26,875 bases of DNA, taken from positions 1-26,875 of the forward strand of contig NIVC01005078.1 of the NCBI GenBank assembly GCA_002269645.1. Direction: 5' to 3'. A model generated the notes under the pieces. It had not been told where the DNA came from and made no database searches. It was given only the letters and a program-made list of their open reading frames with translations. The stretch comes from Macrostomum lignano. Its lineage: Eukaryota. A program made the position numbers and the translations under genes. The first letter of the stretch is position 1; every line of letters begins with the position of its first letter. Below, one piece after another: positions 1 through 10,216 of this stretch.

Positions 1-343
1 CTAAATTCCCCTCTATAGGAATCTATCCCAGTAGAAACTGCCCTAAATTCCCCTCTATAGGAATCTATCCCAGTAGAAACTGCCCTAAATTCCCCTCTAT
101 AGGAATCTATCCCAGTAGAAACTGCCCTAAATTCCCCTCTATAGGAATCTATCCCAGTAGAAACTGCCCTAAATTCCCCTCTATAGGAATCTATCCCAGT
201 AGAAACTGCCCTAAATTCCCCTCTATAGGAATCTATCCCAGTAGAAACTGCCCTAAATTCCCCTCTATAGGAATCTATCCCAGTAGAAACTGCCCTAAAT
301 TCCCCTCTATAGGAATCTATCCCAGTAGAAACTGCCCTAAATT
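1..343. repeat. 42-bp tandem satellite, 8+ identical copies (runs off the window start)
   Basis: Unit CTAAATTCCCCTCTATAGGAATCTATCCCAGTAGAAACTGCC repeats exactly at 1, 43, 85 ... 295, with a partial copy at 337-343. Confidence 0.98.
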
Positions 344-1553
344 GCACCTCGAATAAAATCTCTGATAGGCAAGAATAAAAAGTCCAATAAATGAAAATCA
401 ATCAGTGAAAATGATGCTGTCAAATAAAACTACAATAGAATTACCAGACGGGCTGGGTGCTGAAAAAGCAGCAATTTTCCACAGAAAAATTGTTTTGACA
501 GATAAAAGACGCTCTCTTGCACTTTTTTTCCCAAGTGGCGGGAATCGAGAGACGGGAGAAAGAGACAGAGAGGTAGAGGATGCTTGGCTGAAGAGGCAGC
601 AACGCTTTCTAGGAAATTGAAGCGAACCCGACACGAGCAAGCAAGCAAGCGAGCGCGTGACAGGAGCAGAAAGGAGCAGACAGAAGGCAATTCAGGGCGT
701 GAAGATGGGCTGCACAACACTCCAGTCAGTTAGCCTCCTCTGGGACTGAAGTAGCGGATAGGCAGAGGCAAGACTAATAAGATTGTAAAACAGAGAGAAG
801 AGTTGCTAGGACTAATAATAATAATTATGATTATTAATATTGCACGCAGAATTATAACAAAAAAGCAGACAATAATTAAGACAACAATGGTGGCAAGAAA
901 CACAGACTCACGCAAAAGCGACAAAAAGAAACTAAAAAAATCCGATTAAACTGAAAACAACAACAACTTGATGTACGTTAAAACTTTAAACATGCAGTAC
1001 ACTGTAGTAACAGCGTACATATGGTAATTAATATCCAAGAAACACACGGGCAGCAGTATCAGTGTGCAGTAAATGATGTCATTTTTGACAAAACAAAAAT
1101 ACATCAAAATAACGTCAAATCAGACAGAACTTCTTCTAGGACAGTACAGAGGCCAATAAAATTGGAATGAAATGGTGCTGTAAAACTCGAAACGTGCCCG
1201 AATGAAAGCAGACAAATAAAAGCATATTCTGGAGATGCTACAAACAAAATAAATTGAAAACACAAACAGACAAAGAAGTTTGATATTTAAAATAGTGACA
1301 ATAAATTTGAAATTGACATGCAGAAACATTCAACACACTTGGCTCTCCTAAAACACCGAATCCAAAAAACAGCCGGGAGGAGTAGTTAAAGGTTTGATTT
1401 CGTAGAAAGAAACTGCACTACAGAGATGCCTGGAATTCTTATTGATTGACCTGCGGCTCCCAGCACAATGCATGATGAGAAAGCCGGCGCCGCTGCACAC
1501 CCCCTACGATCAGTGAGGAGCTTTGACTGCCGGGCCATTTGAAGGCCAAAGAT

Positions 1554-2435
1554 TCAGGGTCACGGATAGGGTCGATGATAGGGTCAGGGATAGGGTCAGG
1601 GATTAGGTCAATGAAAGGGTCAGGGATAGGGTCAGGGATACGCTCAGGGTTAGGGTCAGGGTTAGGGTCAGGGATAGGGTCAGGGATAGGGTCAGGACTG
1701 ATAAGGGTCAGGGATAGGGTCAGGGATAGGGTCAGGACTGATAAGGGTCAGGGATAGGGTCAGGGATAGAGGACTGATAAGGGTCAGGGATAGGGTCAGG
1801 GATAGGGTCAGGGATACGCTCAGGGTTAGGGTCAGGGATACGGTCAGGGTTAGGGTCAGGGATAGGGTCAGGGATAGGGTCAGGACTGATAAGGGTCAGG
1901 GATAGGGTCAGGGATAGGGTCAGGACTGATAAGGGTCAGGGATAGGGTCAGGGATAGAGGACTGATAAGGGTCAGGGATAGGGTCAGGACTGATAAGGGT
2001 CAGGGATAGGGTCAGGACTGATAAGGGTCAGGGATAGGGTCAAGGATAGGGTCAGGACTGATAAGGGTCAGGGATAGGGTCAGGATAGGGTCAGGACTGA
2101 TAAGGGTCAGGGATAGGGTCAGGGATAAGGTCAGGACTGATAAGGGTCAGGGATAGGGTCAGGGATAGGGTCAGGACTGATAAGGGTCAGGGATAGGGTC
2201 AGGGATAAGGTCAGGACTGATAAGGGTCAGGGATAGGGTCAGGGATAGGGTCAGGACTGATAAGGGTCAGGGATAGGGTCAGGACTGATAAGGGTCAGGG
2301 ATAGGGTCAGGGATAAGGTCAGGACTGATAAGGGTCAGGGATAGGGTCAGGACTGATAAGGGTCAGGGATAGGGTCAGGACTGATAAGGGTCAGGGATAG
2401 GGTCAGGACTGATAAGGGTCAGGGATAGGGTCAGG
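1554..2435. repeat. G-rich telomere-variant minisatellite (12-bp GATAGGGTCAGG and 17-bp GACTGATAAGGGTCAGG units)
   Basis: Built from TCAGGG/ATAGGG/TTAGGG hexamers; units combine into 29-bp and 41-bp higher-order repeats. Confidence 0.95.
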
Positions 2436-2626
2436 TTTGGCAGTCAATTTAGCGCCTATATGCTATTCATTTTATTATCTCTTGTAAAAACGCGGTCTTT
2501 TTACGAATTGCCACAGAAAAAGAAGATATGTATAGCTTTTTTGCTTGCTCCATCAACACACAGGGCTCCCAGCAATCGGGCAGTTCGCACAGCTGCTTGT
2601 CAAGTCAATGAAGAAGAGAAAATTCT

Positions 2627-3061
2627 TCACTGATCTGACTGCACAATTGGCCGGCCAATAGCCATGGGGTCGTCTTCTGTGCAAGCGATGGACGGCTTCC
2701 GGTGCTGCTGCAGCTGCTGCGGTTGCAGCAATTGCTGAGGTGGCAGCAGCGGGTCAAGGCCGCCAACCAGAGATTTCTTGCGTACAGCTGGCACACTTTC
2801 CGGCGTTGCCATGGTGTCGCCTGTGGCGGTGTCCAGCAGATCGGAGCCCCTGGTGGGAGCCCGGTGAGCGCCGACCACCTTAGCCTTGGCCATGTTGTAG
2901 TCGCCGCTGTCAAAATATTTCTGACCTTTATTGTTCAGCCGCTTGTGCAGCACGGAGCTGCCAATGCTTTTGCGATTCAAATTCGGATATTTTTGTTTTA
3001 ATTTGGCCTCCTCTGTTTGCTCGATTGAAACGGAGTTGGACTGGCCTGGAGTGGTCGACAT
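2627..3061 (-). CDS. ENSA: Alpha-endosulfine/ARPP-19 family PP2A-B55 inhibitor, 144 aa, intronless CDS
   Basis: EEAKLKQKYP, Greatwall-site motif KYFDSGDYNMAK (Ser at 2906-2908), TGDTMATPESVP and PKA-type RKKSLV align with ENSA/ARPP19/Endos. AG acceptor 6 nt before the ATG (3068-3069); AATAAA on the minus strand at 2471-2476. The symbol denotes the family; ENSA vs ARPP19 cannot be separated. Confidence 0.95.
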   Translation of the reverse strand: MSTTPGQSNSVSIEQTEEAKLKQKYPNLNRKSIGSSVLHKRLNNKGQKYFDSGDYNMAKAKVVGAHRAPTRGSDLLDTATGDTMATPESVPAVRKKSLVGGLDPLLPPQQLLQPQQLQQHRKPSIACTEDDPMAIGRPIVQSDQ

Positions 3062-5340
3062 GACTTGCTTTCAGAAACGAGGGGTACAGATGTATTTCAC
3101 TTGAAACTGGGGTAAATCACTATATTCCCATAGTCATATTCATTAGCTGCCATAGTTGCCCAGCTGGTGCAACATAGTTGTACATAGTGAGCCATTTTTG
3201 CAACAAAGCTTTGCTCTGCATTCAATTAAAAGCTTCTCTCTCTTTAGTTTTGGCCTTGACTAGTTAATACTCTTTATTTATTTTTTTGATCAGTGTTGCA
3301 ACATAACCTGACCTTGGCTACCTTGTCACCTAGCTAGATTGGCTAGGTTTTCAATATGAAAATGCATCAAATTATATGAAATTAAAAATCTGCACCTGTC
3401 TATCAATCTAAAATAAGCTAATGCATATGAACATGAATTTTTATATCTAAATATTTTGGTTTAGAGGTGCAGTAACAGCTTGAAATATATCTTCCTATTT
3501 ATTGCATATATTGTATACCATTTTGCAATGCATAAGTTAAAATGCTTATGATTTTGATAAAAATTGAGTTGTTGATATGAAATAGGTTTAACAAAAATTA
3601 ATGTTTTCTATGTATATTGCCATGTTGGTACAATTTGAACAGAAAAACAGTAGATAGATATATTTTCTTAATTTTATACAATTTGATATATCCTAGGCTT
3701 ATTGCATATGCATAACATTTATATAATATTAAATTATGCTATATATCTTTAATTATAATTATAGAAAAAAGCTTTTTTGTAGAATCAAAAAAAAGTTAAC
3801 ACTTGTTATCATAATATATAAGTCTTGAAAAGCTGTATATCAAAAGGAAAAGTGTAGTTTTTTTATATATGTATAATTTAATGTAAGTATTAATACTCAC
3901 TGATACTAAACTTTACTACTTTTAAAAGAAAATATTCAAATTTGGTGTTCCCTCTTTGATATAATATTTATTTATAAACTCTTTAGAGAATTGTTGCTAA
4001 TGACTTCTATAAGCATCCTCTTTTAAATTTAAAAATTAATTAGCCTGTCTTCTAATTACTATGTCTATAATACTTTATAGGTTATTTATATAGATATCTT
4101 GATTTTTAAGCAAAGCAACTTGATGTTTATAATTGGAAGATACAATTAATTACCAAATCAATGCATTAAAATAGTGAGAATAGGAGCTCCAAGATTAAAA
4201 TAAAAGCAAAATTACTAGGTTAATTTTTTTCTAGAATCTCAAGACTAAGCACTATGCTTGTCTCATTAGGTCTCGAGTACTTTAGTACACTAGCTAGGCC
4301 CTAACCATAATTCTTTAAGCATAGTTTATTTAAATCAAGCCATGTCATATTATTAGAGAATGAGTAGCTAGGCATACCAACAATTGTGAAAGGGTTGATA
4401 AAATATGCGTTGTCATTGTCATGACAAAAGCAAGTCACCGAAGTGCAATAATAAATTAAGAAGCTAGCGAGTGAATAATGTTATATTAAATAACACTTAT
4501 ATTTTACCATTTTATCTTAAATAATAGGACTACACTTTAAATGAATGCCTAAAGTACTAATATTAAATCTTCGACTCAAGTTGTTATCGTCAAGTGATCC
4601 CCCACGATAATTTTTCAGAAACGTCTAAATTAAAAGAATACCAAAGATTAAGAATGTCCTGATGCTAGTCGGCTAAAAAGCTAATAACTTTTCAATCAAT
4701 TCTGTCTGAAATTCGGGGGTTTTACCGCTTTAAGAGGAACCTAGAGTAAATTTTCTTATAATGCACGGCAGCCCCAATATTGGGAAGCCGCGTGAGACGC
4801 GAAGACATTTTGGTGTCAGAGCAAGTTGAAGCTTTGCAGAGCAGGGAGAGTTGAAGCGAAGTGACTTTTCCTGTAAAAATTACTTTTTATAGTTTTTTGT
4901 TCAGAAAAGCACAGGTGCTATTATCCCACACTTATTTTGGGGTTATAAATTCGAGGTTAGGATCAAGGGTGCATGGATATGGATATATAGAGATCAACTT
5001 GCAGGCTTAAATTACATGTAGGGCTAACATGCAGTCACTTCGGCGACAAGACATAGGGGGAGCCTAGCTAGAGAACCAGTTAATTCGGCGACAGCTTGGA
5101 CTCGGCGGCAGTATTCGGCGACAGCAGTTCGGCGACATATATACATACAGTATGCGGCAGTAATATATTATCATATTCCTTACTCGCTAAATTCATATAT
5201 ATATTATCAACAACATTAAAAAGTCGCCACCTTTGAGAGTGCGAAGTATAAAATTCTAGCTCAGCAGTATTGACTTTTGAGTGACGCAACTTGTGCCACG
5301 ACAACGTACAAAAACAACAACAGAATACGCAATTATAGCG

Positions 5341-5647
5341 TCACAGGGCGCGCTTCAAGGCCAGGTCGCGAATGAACGCCACGCCGCCGGCCAAATCCGG
5401 GGCGCCGGCGTCAGCCAGCAGGCAGTCAAGTGCGCGCCTGCCCCTGCCGGTAGGGTGCCAGCAGCGTTAGCAGCAGCACCTCCTGCACCGGCTCTGGGCA
5501 GTACGACTCGGCGCAGATGATGTGGCCTGCCAGCTGGAGTCGCCGACGGCGCAACAGATCGCTTGGACGGATCAACGTCAACGGACGGATGTCAACTTGT
5601 TGCTCGAGCGACTCCGTCAGCGTCCAGGCCTCGGCATTGTACAGCAG
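5341..5647 (-). mobile_element. 5'-truncated, decayed non-LTR retrotransposon (RTE-like) ORF C-terminus
   Basis: Minus strand reads LLYNAEAWTLTESLEQQVD...RPSDLLRRRRLQLAGHIICAESYCPEPVQEVLLLTLLAPYRQGQART*, then shifts frame to DCLLADAGAPDLAGGVAFIRDLALKRAL*. LLYxxExWTL and RRRRLxxAGH are typical post-RT motifs of RTE-type LINEs; a short GTT-rich tail follows the stop. Confidence 0.8.
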
Positions 5648-7102
5648 TCACGCGACGCAGAGTTGGGCTCGGCTGCTGGGTGTGGAGGGATTGGGAACAG
5701 CGGAGGGCGAAGATTGGATCATATTGAAGCTTTCGCCCGGTTTTCATTGCTTTTTGAAGCATTTTTTATTATCAACATGGTTGGCCAGGTGCACGTGATA
5801 GACGCTGGTCGGAAGATTTTGCTCACTGAGGCAAATGGTAGCGACTTTTCAATGTTGCTGAGTAATATACATAATATGTTTTTCCCAGTCTAGCCACACA
5901 TGCTTAGTAAAACGAATTTTGAGACACCTAGAACAATTTTTGAACAGACTAAACATTTATCGAAAATGCTAGTTAAATTATATTTTATACTGAGTCTTTT
6001 ACACTCAGCACTTTTTGCTGCGAAAGTGTAGAGTAGCTAGGAGGCTGTATGCATTTGTATGTCATATATGTACATGTACATGCGCAATGCACTGAGTTCC
6101 ACTCAAAGGCTCATTCACAACCCGCTATCAAATGAAGCTATCAAGTCACACGACTGATGTACAAAGCGATGAATAAAGGAAATATATAGAAAGTAAATGA
6201 GCTACATATATGTATGTATATTTGAGTGAGCAATTTAGCATGTACAATTATATCATTTGGATTCAATCAAATGAGTTTTTTGTCTATTGTGTGGAGATGC
6301 ACATTGGCTCAATTATTCGCTGCAGAATGGTATAGTTGAAATTGAAGTTGCATTCAGCAATTAATTCTCAATGCTTAATTTTAATTGTGACAACGAATCA
6401 GCGAATACATGTTGCAGATGCTGCCGGATGTATCTGAATGTCTAATATCTGTCGGGAAAGCCACGTACATTTTAATGAAGTTGTTAATTATACATTTTAC
6501 ACTATACGCTCGTACTTGTAAAAAAATTATACTGTGACCCATATATGTAGTTCGTGATTCGTCTATAACTTTACAATAAAACACAAATAAATATAAATTG
6601 TTCATCAAATCACTTAACAATGTTACAATGCACTTTTTAGTATTTATAGGGTTTGTTGAACAAGAACGCGCGTAGCATGGGCAGGCTATAGTTTTTTGGC
6701 GATTACACAACGAATCTTACTAAACAATCTAACATTGTTAAAATACAGTAGTGATGATCCTACTACAACTACACGATCGTGCAGATTGGAATCTTGGAAT
6801 GGGAAAGGTATGCAAGCTTTGTATATAGAACAATTACGAGTATAAATGTTAGTATCGCTTTTGACGATCTAAATGGGAATTTGGGCAATCAAAACGGGAC
6901 GCCACAGACACTCAAGCCAGGCCACAGATCACACCCTAATCCATGGACTTAGGCAGTTTAGCAAAGTCTACTGAGGGAGGCTTGGCCATAGACTATAACT
7001 TTGGACATTCAATATGGTAAAAAGCCATTCAAAACGGGAATCGGACTGAGATTTTAGAGCTCTCTGTCCCTCTCTCCCCTGTTTGCTCGTCTTTGGCCTG
7101 AA

Positions 7103-7369
7103 AGCGACCCCATTCGATGGCGCCATCAATTCGATGCGATTGAACAAGGGTCATCTATCGCAGGAGCTGCAAGAATCTTGCAAAATCAAGAAAACAACGA
7201 AGAAAACAAAGAAAACATTCCGAATCGCTGCCAACTTTCGACTCGATGGCAGAGTGAAATCCCTTCCTCGCGGTGATCGGAAAGACAGGATTGTGCAAGG
7301 CAGCATCAGGAAATGAGAGAATTCTTGGTTGAGAAACTCGATAAAAATCCTTTCCTGACGCTCAAGGAG
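7103..7369 (+). pseudogene. Frameshifted N-terminal paired-like HTH of a Tc1/IS630-type transposase
   Basis: Joining three frames gives SDPIRWRHQFDAIEQGSSIAGAARILQ/IKKTT..FRIAANFRLDGRVKSLPRGDRK../HQEMREFLVEKLDKNPFLTLKE, matching the paired-like HTH pattern (AARIL, G-x-V-x-S-L-P-R-G, NPFLTLKE). Two frameshifts and an AAGAAAACA tandem duplication; no DDE domain seen. Confidence 0.6.
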
Positions 7370-8164
7370 TTTCTGAGTTACTTTTGTTTTGCGATCATTA
7401 TTCACATTTTTAATGCAGAACAATCCATTACTACAAACAATGCATTGTCTGTAGGATCGTCAAACAGAAAAACAATGCAAAGAATCAGCGGTCGCAGCAC
7501 GTGACAACGATTTGTCTATGGTTCGCGCCTACCGGCGCTCGCCAGACAATCGTTGTCACGTACTGGGACCGCTGATTATTTATCCATTGTCCCAGTGTAG
7601 AGTGAATACTAATATACTCCAACAGAATTCAACGAACCAAACAACTCGCTAAAAAAACAACTTTTATTCTACAAGACACCTAATTGCTAGCAAGTATCTA
7701 TAGAAGCTGCAATCTATTCAACGGTATAACAAGCTGCAAAGTTTTCATGTGAAAAATTCCAGCCCAATTGCGGTTTTGTGCAGTCAAACCTGCAAGCCAT
7801 TGTCACGCGGTTTCGGGCCGCAGTTGTAACATTGCGCTATGCTACATCGCACTACATGAACCGTATTATAGAGAAATCATGTGCCTTGAGGGGTTGGCCC
7901 TCAAAGGACGTTAAATTGCACGCGAGCAGACCCGTGGCGCGAGTGACTGCTCTTGGAATCGAGCCATGGGCAGCTGGCACACCAGGGCGCCGCGCTATAG
8001 GCTACGGCTTCATCCCATGAGAATCTGTCTGTTTGACGCTTCTGTTTTTTTAAAAGTGCTCGCCCTGATGGTTTTTGTATATGTGAATCCAGGCAGCTGA
8101 GGTGATGCTAAATATGCTGCATTTGCATTCTTAGAACTGTAATTAGATCCTGATAATCTAATTA

Positions 8165-8308
8165 GATCCTGAAGTCACGGATCCTGAAGTCACGGATCCT
8201 GAAGTCATGGACTCTGAAGTCATGGACACTGCAGAACCCATGGACACTGCAAAAGTCATGGACACTGCAGAAGCCATGGACACTGCAGAATTCATGGACT
8301 CTGAAGTC
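8165..8308. repeat. Short array of 15-bp (GGATCCTGAAGTCAC) and 18-bp (CATGGACACTGCAGAAGT) units
   Basis: Tandem copies read directly; the array grades from one unit type into the other. Confidence 0.85.
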
Positions 8309-8429
8309 GATAGCACTTGAAACTGCCGAGACATTGAGCTTTGGTGGCATAAGTTCTACAATCAATTGGCTTTAAAATCTCAAACGAATAACTCTGAAGA
8401 GAAAATTATAAGATAAAAAATTAGGAACA

Positions 8430-9190
8430 AAGGTTTAGAATAGGGTTTAAGTTAGGTTTAGGTTAATGTTCATAGGTTAGAGTTAGGGTATAAGGCTAGG
8501 TTTTAGGATAGTGTTAAGAATAGGGTTAAGGTTTGGCTTAGCTTCGGTTTAGGATATGTTTACGTTAAGGTTAGGGCTAGGTTTAGGTTAGGCTAGGTTT
8601 AGGTTAGGGCTAGATTTAGGTTAGGGCTAGGTTTAGGTTAGGGCTAAGGTTTAGGTTAGGGCTAGGTTTAGGTTAGGGCTAAGGTTTAGGTTAGGGCTAG
8701 GTTTAGGTTAGGGCTAGGTTTAGGTTAGGGCTAGGTTTAGGTTAGGGCTAAGGTTTAGGTTAGGGCTAGGTTTAGGTTAGGGCTAGATTTAGGTTAGGGC
8801 TAAATTTAGGTTAGGGCTAGGTTTAGGTTAGGGCTAGGTTTAGGTTAGGGCTAAGGTTTAGGTTAGGGCTAGGTTTAGGTTAGGGCTAAGGTTTAGGTTA
8901 GGGCTAGGTTTAGGTTAGGGCTAGATTTAGGTTAGGGCTAAATTTAGGTTAGGGCTAGATTTAGGATAGGGCTAGATTTAGGATAGGGCTAGATTTAGAT
9001 TAGGGCTAGATTTAGTTTAGGGCTAGATTTAGGTTAGGGCTAAATTTAGGTTAGGGCTAGATTTAAGTTAGGGCTAGATTTAGGTTAGGGCTAAATTTAG
9101 GTTAGGGCTAGATTTAGGTTAGGGCTAGATTTAGGTTAGGGCTAAATTTAGGTTAGGGCTAGGTTTAGGTTAGGGCTAAGTTTTAGGTTA
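8430..9190 (+). repeat. Interstitial telomere-like array, G-strand orientation, 17-18-bp unit GGTTTAGGTTAGGGCTA
   Basis: Degenerate 8430-8570, homogeneous 8570-9190; nearly every unit contains TTAGGG. Confidence 0.93.
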
Positions 9191-9432
9191 GGACATTGGC
9201 TTAACAGTTAATTCTCGTAGACTCCATCTGATGGCATCGCATAGTTTATTAAAAAATGGCTACAATTTACATGTGGCGATAATTATTTTCAGCATGGAAC
9301 AGTATCCATTTCTGTCAAGTATAAGTATGATTTCCTGCGGCTCGACTGACATGCATTGACCCTTTTCAGCAATAACGTATCGCTGAACAATTCAGAAATT
9401 TATCCGCTCCTAAGTTTTCTAATTGAATCATA

Positions 9433-10216
9433 ATGAACTCCACACTGCATCTGCTCTTCATCGCATCTATGGTTCTTCTGTTATTCGCCGTTGGTAAGCT
9501 TCTGAAAAATAATTATCACCCAGTAACCAAATCTAAGCATTGCTACTAAGCCACTAAGCATTGCCAATTATAGTCTATGGGACATTGATCGGTTTATACT
9601 CGTACGTCGTGTACTTTATTTATTCTTAGTAGACAACGTGTACTGCTGTGCATGGTTTAGGAGGATTGAGCCCTGAGGAGCTGAAGAGAGCTGGGGAAAG
9701 AGAGAAACTGATTGATTCTCAGTGTTGGCTGGCTTTTTATCACTTTGCTTGGCTGTCGCAGTCTATGGCCCATAGACTGAGGCAAGATATCCAAGGCCCT
9801 TAATTATAACCCTAGCCCCAACCTAACCCTAACCCTAACCCTAAGCCCTAACCCTAACCCTAACCCTAACCCTAGCCCTAGCCCTAATCCTAGCCCTAGG
9901 CCTAACCCCAAAACTAACCCTAACCCTAGACCTAACCCTCTAGCCCTAGCCCTAGCCCTAACCCTAACCCTAACCCTAACCCTAACCCTAACCCTAACCC
10001 TAACCCTAACCCTAACCCTAACCTTTAGTTTCAGGCACGACCGAAGGCAGCTGCAAGCAGCGGTTGCACCTGTGTCTGGCCAGCTCGAACGGCTCATTTG
10101 ACGAGTGCTGCCAGGGGTTGAAGTGCTTCGCCCCGGATGTCATCAAGTCGCGGGACGATGATCACATTTTTGCTGGCTGGTGCATCCGAAACAGTTCGAG
10201 ATTCGAGTGGGATTGA
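9433..10216 (+). CDS. Secreted inhibitor-cystine-knot (knottin, conotoxin framework VI/VII-like) peptide, 80 aa, join(9433..9493,10035..10216)
   Basis: Exon 1 MNSTLHLLFIASMVLLLFAV ends G|GTAAGC (phase 1); acceptor TTTCAG|GC at 10034; spliced CDS is 243 nt, in frame. Product MNSTLHLLFIASMVLLLFAVGTTEGSCKQRLHLCLASSNGSFDECCQGLKCFAPDVIKSRDDDHIFAGWCIRNSSRFEWD with C-x6-C-x10-CC-x4-C-x18-C. ATTAAA at 10315-10320. Confidence 0.88.
9808..10026 (-). repeat. Interstitial telomeric array (TAACCC)n on + (TTAGGG on -) inside the knottin intron
   Basis: Degenerate CCCTAG/CCCTAA units, then about 11 perfect TAACCC copies at ~9957-10023. Confidence 0.95.

Noticed and set aside
1-343. 42-bp direct repeats as a CRISPR array
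   Set aside because: Repeats are contiguous with no unique spacers, there are no cas genes and the context is eukaryotic. The same applies to the 33-bp array at 24491-26103.
730-924. Hydrophobic 64-aa ORF as a membrane micropeptide
   Set aside because: Non-ATG start; hydrophobicity follows from the T-rich strand bias and an (ATT)n tract.
5030-5140. Five TTCGGCGAC-like motifs as a transposon subterminal repeat
   Set aside because: No matching inverted end or target duplication found; too short to call.
5281-5893. Plus-strand ORFs of 79-123 aa
   Set aside because: They are largely the antisense shadow of the GC-rich LINE remnant and show no recognisable domain.
7955-8010. tRNA-derived SINE head on the minus strand (GGCTCGATTCC B-box-like)
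   Set aside because: B box has a mismatch, A box is poor and no cloverleaf can be folded by eye; needs a repeat-library search.
9723-9777. Cryptic hydrophobic exon VLAGFLSLCLAVAVYGP* in the knottin intron
   Set aside because: The acceptor is plausible and in phase, but there is an in-frame stop inside the palindrome and no GT donor; no support for use.
9190-9808. A true end-to-end chromosome fusion point
   Set aside because: The arrays do not abut; ~620 bp of unique, gene-containing sequence separates them and the left array is a 17-18-bp derivative. Kept only as a weaker finding.
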